Source: Candidatus Iainarchaeum sp.
GTDB lineage: Archaea; Iainarchaeota; Iainarchaeia; Iainarchaeales; VGJJ01
DNA length: 32,000 nt
Direction of reading: 5' to 3'
Assembly (NCBI GenBank): GCA_030688545.1
Contig: JAUYHT010000006.1
Coordinates: 120,001-152,000 of the forward strand
Shown here: positions 1 through 6,667 of the stretch, piece after piece
Position numbering within the stretch: position 1 is the first letter of the stretch
Layout: the number at the start of each line of letters is the position of its first letter
The notes under the pieces: model-generated
What the model saw: only the letters and a program-made list of their open reading frames with translations
Databases searched by the model: none
What the model was told of the DNA's origin: nothing
Program-made: the position numbers and the translations under genes

Positions 1-301
1 TCGTTTGAATGGTATCATACGGTTGCTGGATGGATTGCCAGGTATCCGCTTGCGAGGCGAGATGAAACACATACGAATATTCCTCCTCTCGCAGGAGGCG
101 GGCGATACCATTTCCATCCCGTATGTCAAGAGGATGGATTTCAATCGCCTTTCGAATGGAGGAAGTTAAGTTGGGGGCATCAGTTCGACGTGAAATACCA
201 TGCACCCGCGCTCCCCGTTCAATAAGAGAACGAGCAAGATGGCCACCGATAAACCCCGTGATGCCAGTCACGAGCACTTTTTCCCCTTTGAAGCTATCCA
301 T
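1..301 (-). CDS. NAD-dependent epimerase/dehydratase (extended SDR), N-terminal ~100 aa; gene continues past the left window edge
   Basis: Not in the ORF track (no stop inside the window). My reverse-complement translation from the ATG at 301: MDSFKGEKVLVTGITGFIGGHLARSLIERGARVHGISRRTDAPNLTSSIRKAIEIHPLDIRDGNGIARLLREEEYSYVFHLASQADTWQSIQQPYDTIQT. Rossmann GxxGxxG (TGITGFIGG) and the FHLAS motif are typical of sugar-nucleotide epimerases/dehydratases. It starts 14 nt downstream of the glycosyltransferase gene on the same strand. Confidence 0.8.
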   Translation of the reverse strand, partial: MDSFKGEKVLVTGITGFIGGHLARSLIERGARVHGISRRTDAPNLTSSIRKAIEIHPLDIRDGNGIARLLREEEYSYVFHLASQADTWQSIQQPYDTIQT

Positions 302-315
302 ACCTCATTCCTCAC

Positions 316-1722
316 CTAAACCAATAAATGCCCATGCCGGATGCTCCCAGCGAGTCGGGCGACCTTGATGGCCAACGCATAGCCTATCCCGATGAATGTG
401 ATAGCCGCAAAATGGAAAATCCCTCTATTAGAGAGGAATGTCAATCCTCGGGGGGAAGATAATACTGGTTCTTTCTCGTCATCTTCCCATAACCCGGTGG
501 CGACCTTGAAATCCGCCACGGGATCGATGAAAACCTTGCCGCGAACATGGAGAAATGTATCGCAAAGAGGGGTGCGATGTTTTTTGCGGAGCAGCACATC
601 ATTCATGTGATAGCGTAACCGTTGAAGGGTATATCCCAGGATGTTCATTATTCCCTTGGGAGTGACTAGGGTCCTATCTTCCGTATACCGAGCGCCCGTG
701 ATCTTTTGGTAAGCGAATCCCAATTCAATTATGCGAAATGACAGATCGGTGTCCTCCCGGTAATAAAAGAAATCTTCATCATAGCCTCCCAGATGATTCA
801 AAAGATCTTTCTTAAATCCCGTGCTGGTGCCTCCATAATGCCCATACGCGCTGACCGCCCCCACATCGGGGGAATTAAATCCATTCACCATGGTTTGCAA
901 CCAATCCGCATGGGGAATACAGTCATGATCCATATTGATGATCACCTCTCCCGAGGCGGCTTGAATCCCGGTATTGCGTGCCTTACATACCCCGGATCGG
1001 GGGAGAGTAATTATTTTTACTTTTTTGTTTTTTCCGAAATGGTTTCGCAATTGTTGCGGGGTGTTTCCATCAAAGCTCCCGTCATCCACTACGATAATTT
1101 CAAATTTTCCATCGAACTTTTGCCCAAGCATTGCATCCACCGCCCGGATGAGGGGTTCGCCCCCATTGAGGGTGGCAACGACGATGCTCGCGCTCTTTGG
1201 AGGGGTTGATTTTTTTTTCTTTGAGGGTAGTGAACTAAGAAGAGGATTGTTTGTCTCTCGCGCGATCCGTTCGAGGATGCGGGGAATGTACCCGATGGAT
1301 TTTGAAGAGAATTTTATCCATCTTTTTTTTTGGATATGCGCCGCCAGTCCTTCCATGTCTTCAACAACATTCCCAAATTGTTCCACGTGAGATGCATGAG
1401 CGAGTTCAAGTTGATGGTCATCCGTGTGTTCACCCCATTTTTTCAACCGGGGAACGATAATCATCCGTTTCCTCGCGAGAATACCGGTGCCAATGTTCCC
1501 TTCTCCAGCGTGGGTGATGAATAATCGGGCGCGCCGCACGTGATTTTCGAATGCGTCAATGGGAAGGAATGGGATGCACTCCATTTTGGGATGAGTGAAA
1601 GGTGTATGTCCGGTCTGAAATACCACCTTCTCCCGGATAATACCTTGGTCCACCAGCCGTGCCACGGCGTCGGCGAGACGCATGAATGGTTGAGGATGCG
1701 TTCCTACCGAAATAAATATCAT
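316..1722 (-). CDS. Fusion glycosyltransferase: N-terminal Alg13-like (GT28 C-terminal type) domain + GT2 domain + C-terminal TM helix
   Basis: 468-aa ORF. The N-terminal ~135 aa carry IFISVGTHPQPF, ITHAGEGNIGTGI and DDHQLELA (Alg13/MurG-C-like motifs). After a K/S/P linker come GT2 motifs: IVVATLNGGEPL, IIVVDDGS, NMDHDCIP, YYREDTDL. The C-terminal hydrophobic helix is FHFAAITFIGIGYALAI. The start overlaps the upstream stop (ATGA at 1719-1722). Confidence 0.8.
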   Translation of the reverse strand: MIFISVGTHPQPFMRLADAVARLVDQGIIREKVVFQTGHTPFTHPKMECIPFLPIDAFENHVRRARLFITHAGEGNIGTGILARKRMIIVPRLKKWGEHTDDHQLELAHASHVEQFGNVVEDMEGLAAHIQKKRWIKFSSKSIGYIPRILERIARETNNPLLSSLPSKKKKSTPPKSASIVVATLNGGEPLIRAVDAMLGQKFDGKFEIIVVDDGSFDGNTPQQLRNHFGKNKKVKIITLPRSGVCKARNTGIQAASGEVIINMDHDCIPHADWLQTMVNGFNSPDVGAVSAYGHYGGTSTGFKKDLLNHLGGYDEDFFYYREDTDLSFRIIELGFAYQKITGARYTEDRTLVTPKGIMNILGYTLQRLRYHMNDVLLRKKHRTPLCDTFLHVRGKVFIDPVADFKVATGLWEDDEKEPVLSSPRGLTFLSNRGIFHFAAITFIGIGYALAIKVARLAGSIRHGHLLV

Positions 1723-2189
1723 CCCAGATCATCTCCCGGCCGGACGAAAATGCTCCCTCCGAATATGCCCGATGGATACCATTTTTTGAGGGTTTTCCAT
1801 TGATAAATGACATGATCCGCGAGGGGGGATATGATTCTCCCCGTCCATCCGGGAGTGGTGACGCGGCAGAAGCTCTCGATGAATACGATGGGAACCCCTT
1901 TGATTTTGGCCGCGAGGCAAACCGGAACGGTGACATCCGCCCCCGTGCTGATCACCAAATCCGGTTGTTCTTGGGAAATGATTTTCCATGCCCTGAAAAA
2001 AGCCTGTATCGTCTTGATCGGGTGGCGGGCCGGGCGGGAAATAAAATGCACTCTTTCGTATTGGGAAAGGGATAGGGTGTCGTCGCGCTGGAAGGTGACG
2101 AATACATGGTCGTGCTTGGAATAGAAGGGGGCCAGTTGCCGCATCTCAGTGAGGTGTCCGCCGGCCGAGCAGGTGAGGAGCAGCTTCAT
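1719..2189 (-). CDS. Alg14-like oligosaccharide biosynthesis protein (membrane-anchoring partner of Alg13-type UDP-GlcNAc transferase)
   Basis: 156-aa ORF. Motifs SAGGHLTEM (Alg14 GGHT-EM motif) and IVFIESFCRVTTPGWTGRI (ES-aR-...-G motif). ATGA overlaps at both ends (2186-2189 and 1719-1722) indicate translational coupling. Confidence 0.8.
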   Translation of the reverse strand: MKLLLTCSAGGHLTEMRQLAPFYSKHDHVFVTFQRDDTLSLSQYERVHFISRPARHPIKTIQAFFRAWKIISQEQPDLVISTGADVTVPVCLAAKIKGVPIVFIESFCRVTTPGWTGRIISPLADHVIYQWKTLKKWYPSGIFGGSIFVRPGDDLG

Positions 2190-3235
2190 AACATTCCCCG
2201 TGTCCCGCCACCGGTGGCGGTGAAATTGCTCCAGAATACGAAAAGGGCAAATAGGGCCACGATAACCTGCAAGCCCAGGATGATAAGTACCACTTGCTTT
2301 TCTGAAAATTTTCCAAACCGCATCACCACATGCGTTAAACTTCCAATTTTTTCAGGAGATTGGAGCGTGCCGTCCTCTTGGATTATTCCAAAGCTCTGGG
2401 CCTGCATTTTCATACGGGCTTTCAATATGAGTTCGATGAAATAGAGGAGAAATAGCATCAGGCCCAATTTTTCGAGGTTTCCGATGATGGATACGGACGC
2501 GAATGCGGCTCCCATCATGAGGGTGAAAGAGTCTCCCGGGAATACTCTTGCCGGGAACCAGTTGTAGGCCAGAAAAGCCAATATTACTCCGATGAGGGCA
2601 AGCATGAGGATAATCACCTCGATCTCTCCCAACGCTAACCCGACGATGAGGAAAACGATGGCATTAATCAGCCCCATCCCCCCTTCCAGTCCATTCAGTC
2701 CCGCGAGCATGTTCATGGCATTGCTGGCCCCCGTCACCGCAATGGGCACAACGAGGAGCGAATAGAATAGTCCCAGGTTGACGAGTCCCAGGAGGGGAAT
2801 GTCCATGGTAGGATCCCCGATCACTTGAGGCAAAACCATGAGAGGGAGTGCCGCGAACAAGGGAAATAGGGCGTGTTGGTATTGCCGTATTCCTTTGGTC
2901 CAACCAATGACATCGTCCACGATCCCAATCAACCCCACCACGACGATAGTAAGAATGGCCGCCAGGAGAGGGAGCAATTCCAATGGGGCGAATAACCCCA
3001 CATAGGAATGAAAAAAAAGCGCGATCATCACCGCGAAAATAAACCCGAGCAACACGACCGTGCCCCCCATCCCGGCAACAATCGGTTTTCCTTTCTTGTT
3101 GAAATCCCCCCATTCGATTTTCTGGAGATGCATACGGCGGATGAAAAAAGGGTAGACGATGTAGTCGATGAGGAAGGCACTCAGAAGGATCAGCACGTAA
3201 CCCAAGATCAACAAGTAGCCCAAGAATGGTTCCAT
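2186..3235 (-). CDS. aglH: UDP-GlcNAc:dolichyl-phosphate GlcNAc-1-phosphate transferase (AglH/Alg7 type, MraY-like polyprenyl-phosphate transferase family)
   Basis: 349-aa polytopic membrane ORF. Motifs IGIVDDVIGW and ASNAMNMLAGLNGLEGG (the NxxNxxAGxNGLE motif of the Alg7/AglH branch). First gene of the co-directional glycosylation operon. Confidence 0.8.
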   Translation of the reverse strand: MEPFLGYLLILGYVLILLSAFLIDYIVYPFFIRRMHLQKIEWGDFNKKGKPIVAGMGGTVVLLGFIFAVMIALFFHSYVGLFAPLELLPLLAAILTIVVVGLIGIVDDVIGWTKGIRQYQHALFPLFAALPLMVLPQVIGDPTMDIPLLGLVNLGLFYSLLVVPIAVTGASNAMNMLAGLNGLEGGMGLINAIVFLIVGLALGEIEVIILMLALIGVILAFLAYNWFPARVFPGDSFTLMMGAAFASVSIIGNLEKLGLMLFLLYFIELILKARMKMQAQSFGIIQEDGTLQSPEKIGSLTHVVMRFGKFSEKQVVLIILGLQVIVALFALFVFWSNFTATGGGTRGML

Positions 3236-3257
3236 TATATGAAGTCCCCCGTATTCG

Positions 3258-3267
3258 TATTATAATT
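3258..3267. promoter_or_regulatory. Near-symmetric TATA-like box (TATTATAATT) shared by divergent aglH and the methyltransferase gene
   Basis: It is the only A/T block in the 61-nt divergent spacer. Its centre lies ~27 nt from the aglH ATG (3235) and ~35 nt from the ATG at 3297. This is consistent with leaderless or near-leaderless archaeal mRNAs. Confidence 0.4.
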
Positions 3268-3296
3268 CCGATGAAAAGAGGCGAATCCCCGCTTAA

Positions 3297-4082
3297 ATGG
3301 AAATGTGGTTCATCCGTCGAAAGGAAATCTATTTAACTCGGACACTGATGGGAGTTCTTCGTGGTCAAATGGAAAAACAAGAATACGTAAAAATGCAGAG
3401 TCTGGAAAATGAGAATTGGTGGTACCAGTCGCGGAAACATCTCATTCATTTATTGGTGACTAAATTTGCCATGAAAATAGATTACATGATTGACGTGGGG
3501 TGCGGGAATGGAATGATTTTACATTCCTTTTCCAACATAGAAAAAAGGATTGGGATTGAAACCCATCCGTTGGCAGTTTCAAATGCTCGGGAAAAAGGTT
3601 TAACAATCATGGATAGCATCCGGGAAACACCCGATCAAGCAGACCTGGTCCTCCTCATGGATGTCATCGAGCATGTTCCAGATGACGTGACTTTTTTAAA
3701 AGAAGTATTGGCAAAATTAAGCTCGGATGGAAAAGCCATCATCACCGTACCCGCTTTCCAATGGCTGTGGAGCATTCATGATGAAAAAGTGCACCACTTT
3801 CGACGTTACTCCAAAAAAAGTCTAAACGCATGCATCCAGAAAGCCGGTGGGAAAGTGGATCATTTGTCTTATTGGAATGCCATTTTCTTTTTACCCGCGA
3901 TGGCCCGAAAATGGTTTCCGCATGGGAAAGATGAAAGCGATTTGAAACCAATCTGGGGCCCCTTGAATAATTTGATGTATCATTTGGTATGTTTCGAGAA
4001 TTCATTCAGTTCGAAGATTTCCATCCCTTTCGGGACGAGTGTCTATGCGGTAGTATCCAAGGGCGATTCATCAATGGAATAG
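3297..4082 (+). CDS. Class I SAM-dependent methyltransferase
   Basis: 261-aa ORF. Motif I is MIDVGCGNGMIL, the post-I acidic residue is in IGIE, and motif II/III is LVLLMDVIEHVPDD. The N-terminal ENENWWYQSRKHL is typical of methyltransferases found in glycan clusters. In-frame ATGs also occur at 3303, 3348 and 3369. The 3' end overlaps the aglB 3' end by 40 nt (convergent). Confidence 0.75.
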   Translation: MEMWFIRRKEIYLTRTLMGVLRGQMEKQEYVKMQSLENENWWYQSRKHLIHLLVTKFAMKIDYMIDVGCGNGMILHSFSNIEKRIGIETHPLAVSNAREKGLTIMDSIRETPDQADLVLLMDVIEHVPDDVTFLKEVLAKLSSDGKAIITVPAFQWLWSIHDEKVHHFRRYSKKSLNACIQKAGGKVDHLSYWNAIFFLPAMARKWFPHGKDESDLKPIWGPLNNLMYHLVCFENSFSSKISIPFGTSVYAVVSKGDSSME

Positions 4083-6241
4083 ATGCGCACGCCCCCCGCA
4101 TTGCGGTAGACTTCGGTGTAATGAGATTGCACCGAAGCTTCCCCGAACCAGAGGCGCACCAGCATGCTCTCATTGGCCGCGCGGGAGAAGAAATAGACCT
4201 TACGATTATCGAAATCCCGATACATGAACAAGGGGGGGTCCCTATTCGTCTGATTGGGATTACTAGTCCAAGTGGTGGGGGTGGCATTCATCTGGGCCTC
4301 TGAAAATTGGTTGCCCCCGCAATTGTAATTAACCTCTTTTGTCAAAACCGTTTCCTCCCGAGAACAATTCATCACGAAACCCAACACCCCTTGGATGCGG
4401 GGATCATTGATGTTGGTGACTCCATAAGCATAAAATCCGAGGTTGGGAAGTTTCCCTAGCAAATCGTCCCCGAAGATGAGGTGGGTACTCCCATAGTTGG
4501 CGACGATAGCATTGGCCTGGTCCACGTCCCGAGCAAGGATGAACCGCGCCACATCGGAGGTAGCTTTAGTATCTGCATTCCGGTTATCGATGATGACCTT
4601 CCGATTGGCCAGGAAGGATATCCAGTGCCCTTCGTCCCACCAATTGAAGAACTTCGTTTCTCCTGGCAGATTTTCGTCGGCCCAGAACAGGGCTGTTTTC
4701 CATCCGGGGGAAAGTTCGATGTTGGGCACGTTTTGGGTTACAAATAAGGTGCCGATGCCCACGCTCAAGACAATCATGAATCCCATGGCCGCCGTCACCA
4801 TCTTTTTCCGACGGATGGATTTATGGGAGACCCATCGCCAACCAAGCATCATCACGACGGCTCCCATCAAGGCAAGAGGCAACCCCCAATAGTAGGTGAA
4901 CTTGAGTTTTCCCCAGGCCATGAAAAAGGTGACGAGCAACCAAATCAGGGGGATAACCAGGAATTCGAAATGCCTGGATCTCCGCAGGAGCAGATAGCCT
5001 ATCGCGGGAATCCCGATGATGGCAAAGAGGACGAGGAAACTGTATTTGTTTCCGAAATAGTTTTTCCCTTCGCTCTCTTCCCCCACGGTTTGCCCCAACA
5101 CATCCCCTGTTTGCAGACTGAAATTGAACATTGTCACGAGTAATGGGGATAAAATGAGGGCCAGGATGATGAGGATGTACAACCATTTGACAACGGTTCC
5201 CCCCCATTCCATCCGCTTCTTGGTGAACCATAACCCGGCCGATAGGATGGCCATTCCCAGGATGACAAGAATGGTATCCGCATATCCCAGTGTGGGATTT
5301 TTGAGAATCACCCCCAATATCCCCCCAAACTGATCAAGCCAACCCAGATTAGTTTGGATGGTGGCGCTGATGGCCAACAGGATGAATGCGACGAGCCATA
5401 ATCCAGCGTAATGTTTCGCCTTCTCCAATTCATCCTCGCGCACCCAGAGAAGGAACTGCACGAATCCCACGCCAAGGAGGATGGGGATCAACATGTTGAA
5501 TGCCGACCACGTGAAAACCATTAATGAGAAGCTGATGCCAGCGAGGAGGGCATCGGTGATATTTGATCTTTTCCATTCCGGTTCACGCACCGCCCGCACG
5601 AGAAAGACGAATCCAATGACCATCCAGATGAAACCAAGAGAATCATCTTCGAAAAACCCTCCCATGGTGCGGTACACGAATGCGGGGATCACCGCGGCCA
5701 ATATTCCTGTCAATAACCCCGCGGCTTTTTCATGGGATCCTTTGAACAATTCTTTCCCCAGGAAATACATGGCTACAGCGATGAGTGCGCCGTAAAGGGC
5801 GGGCAATATCTTGATGAATAACACCCACACCTCGAAATCGTAGGGGGCATTAAATGTGAAAATTTTGTAGATGGCCGCGGAGATGTACCAGAACAACAGC
5901 GGAACATTTCCCAGCGTGGCCGCGGCGACATTTTGATAATAGCCCAAAGGGTCAATCATGGGAGCAGGAAGCCCTTGCAGAATGTAGGAAACCATGCGTG
6001 CGTGCCAGTACGAATCGAACTCGAAGAATAATTCGTATCGCATCAGCTGGGCGCGGACGATGAAACCAAGGATGAAAACGAGCAGGATGAATAGGAATTC
6101 TTTTCGCCAGAGTAAATGGGAAACCTTTTCTTTCCATTTGGTGAAATGGGATTCCTTTTTTGAGGATTCTTCCGGCACTGGAGAGGGAGGAGATTCTGGA
6201 TGAGGCGCGGAATCCATTTCCATGCCACTACAATAAGCCAT
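4043..6241 (-). CDS. aglB: Oligosaccharyltransferase AglB (STT3 family)
   Basis: 732-aa ORF, multi-TM N-terminal half plus soluble C-terminal half. Contains the WWDxG catalytic motif (FFNWWDEGHWISF) and acidic first-loop motifs (FFEFDSYWHARM, FFEDDSLGF). The likely true start is M7 (ATG at 6223), because a TATA-like box at 6246-6253 lies only ~5 nt upstream of the ATG at 6241. Confidence 0.85.
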   Translation of the reverse strand: MAYCSGMEMDSAPHPESPPSPVPEESSKKESHFTKWKEKVSHLLWRKEFLFILLVFILGFIVRAQLMRYELFFEFDSYWHARMVSYILQGLPAPMIDPLGYYQNVAAATLGNVPLLFWYISAAIYKIFTFNAPYDFEVWVLFIKILPALYGALIAVAMYFLGKELFKGSHEKAAGLLTGILAAVIPAFVYRTMGGFFEDDSLGFIWMVIGFVFLVRAVREPEWKRSNITDALLAGISFSLMVFTWSAFNMLIPILLGVGFVQFLLWVREDELEKAKHYAGLWLVAFILLAISATIQTNLGWLDQFGGILGVILKNPTLGYADTILVILGMAILSAGLWFTKKRMEWGGTVVKWLYILIILALILSPLLVTMFNFSLQTGDVLGQTVGEESEGKNYFGNKYSFLVLFAIIGIPAIGYLLLRRSRHFEFLVIPLIWLLVTFFMAWGKLKFTYYWGLPLALMGAVVMMLGWRWVSHKSIRRKKMVTAAMGFMIVLSVGIGTLFVTQNVPNIELSPGWKTALFWADENLPGETKFFNWWDEGHWISFLANRKVIIDNRNADTKATSDVARFILARDVDQANAIVANYGSTHLIFGDDLLGKLPNLGFYAYGVTNINDPRIQGVLGFVMNCSREETVLTKEVNYNCGGNQFSEAQMNATPTTWTSNPNQTNRDPPLFMYRDFDNRKVYFFSRAANESMLVRLWFGEASVQSHYTEVYRNAGGVRIYSIDESPLDTTA

Positions 6242-6245
6242 TTCG

Positions 6246-6253
6246 TTTTAAAG
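6246..6253 (-). promoter_or_regulatory. Putative TATA box of aglB (CTTTAAAA on the minus strand)
   Basis: Matches the recurring C-TTT(T/A)-AA box seen upstream of other genes here. It lies ~30 nt upstream of the in-frame ATG at 6223 (leaderless geometry) and 13 nt downstream of repeat element D. Confidence 0.4.
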
Positions 6254-6266
6254 GGCCGCTTCCTCG

Positions 6267-6327
6267 GCACGCTTTCGATGGCCGCTTTCGATCGGCCGCC
6301 CCGAACCCGGGGTATCTCCGATACCCC
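6267..6327 (-). repeat. Structured repeat element D (hairpin + CGATCGAAAGCG tail)
   Basis: Minus-strand reading: perfect 8-bp hairpin GGGGTATC-GGA-GATACCCC (6309-6327), then GGGTTCGGGGCGGCCGATCGAAAGCGGCCATCGAAAGCGTGC. The TCGGGGCG, CGATCGAAA and CGTGC blocks are shared with elements A and B at 10921-11060. Confidence 0.8.
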
Positions 6328-6354
6328 TGAAGAAATAACAACGGATAAATCGGG

Positions 6355-6405
6355 CGTGCGTCCCGATGGACGTGGGAGGTCGTTGATCTCCCAGCAGCCG
6401 AAACG
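6355..6405 (-). repeat. Structured repeat element C (51-nt near-copy of element B)
   Basis: Minus-strand reading: CGTTTCGGCTGCTGGGAGATCAACGACCTCCCACGTCCATCGGGACGCACG. The ungapped by-eye alignment to 10997-11047 (+) gives 40/51 identities. The 25-nt core CCTCCCACGTCCATCGGGRCGCACG is 24/25 identical. Mismatches cluster in the apical part of the hairpin. Confidence 0.85.
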
Positions 6406-6430
6406 ATTTCCATTCTCTTGCGTTATAAAT

Positions 6431-6502
6431 CGTTTTTTGATCAAACTTTTTTTAAAAAGAGAGTCGTTTTTTTGATCAAACTTTTTTTAAAAAAAGTTTG
6501 AT
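6431..6502. repeat. Tandem A/T-rich direct repeat (2 copies) ending in a perfect 28-nt palindrome; probable 5S rRNA terminator region
   Basis: CGTTTTTTGATCAAACTTTTTTTAAAAAG (6431-6459) and CGTTTTTTTGATCAAACTTTTTTTAAAAAAAG (6465-6496). ATCAAACTTTTTTT/AAAAAAAGTTTGAT (6475-6502) is a perfect 14+14 palindrome that abuts the 5S 3' end. The minus-strand transcript meets a T7 run within ~10 nt of that end. Confidence 0.75.
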
Positions 6503-6615
6503 TGACAGCGTTGGCACGGCTCCAGGAGAAATCCCAGTGCCATTAACCACCGGTACGCGTTTCACTTCCGGGTTCGAGATGAGTCCGGGTGGGGCCACGC
6601 CCGTATGGCCGTCAA
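6502..6615 (-). rRNA. rrf: 5S ribosomal RNA (ends approximate)
   Basis: Reverse complement: TTGACGGCCATACGGGCGTGGCCCCACCCGGACTCATCTCGAACCCGGAAGTGAAACGCGTACCGGTGGTTAATGGCACTGGGATTTCTCCTGGAGCCGTGCCAACGCTGTCAA. It contains the universal 5S core (CCCGGACTCATCTCGAACCCGGAAGTGAAAC). The termini pair as helix I (TTGACGGC/GCTGTCAA, one G-U). No 16S or 23S rRNA gene is adjacent in the window. Confidence 0.9.
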
Positions 6616-6640
6616 TCGAATGGAATGGGATAAGGAAGGG

Positions 6641-6648
6641 TTAAAAAG
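6641..6648 (-). promoter_or_regulatory. Putative TATA box of the 5S rRNA gene (CTTTTTAA on the minus strand)
   Basis: Centre ~29 nt upstream of the inferred 5S 5' end (6615), in the 52-nt spacer after the TBP stop codon. Confidence 0.5.
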
Positions 6649-6667
6649 GATTGGGCGAAGGCGCGTA

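Noticed and set aside
4043-4082. 40-nt convergent overlap of the methyltransferase and aglB 3' ends as a possible frameshift or pseudogene signal
   Set aside because: Both ORFs are full length with intact motifs up to their ends. Short convergent overlaps are common in compact genomes. I saw no evidence of disruption.
6431-6502. CRISPR-like appearance of the two ~30-nt direct repeats
   Set aside because: There are only two copies, extremely A/T-rich, separated by ~5 nt rather than a 30-40 nt spacer. No cas genes are present. The region is better explained as a terminator/promoter-like palindromic repeat.
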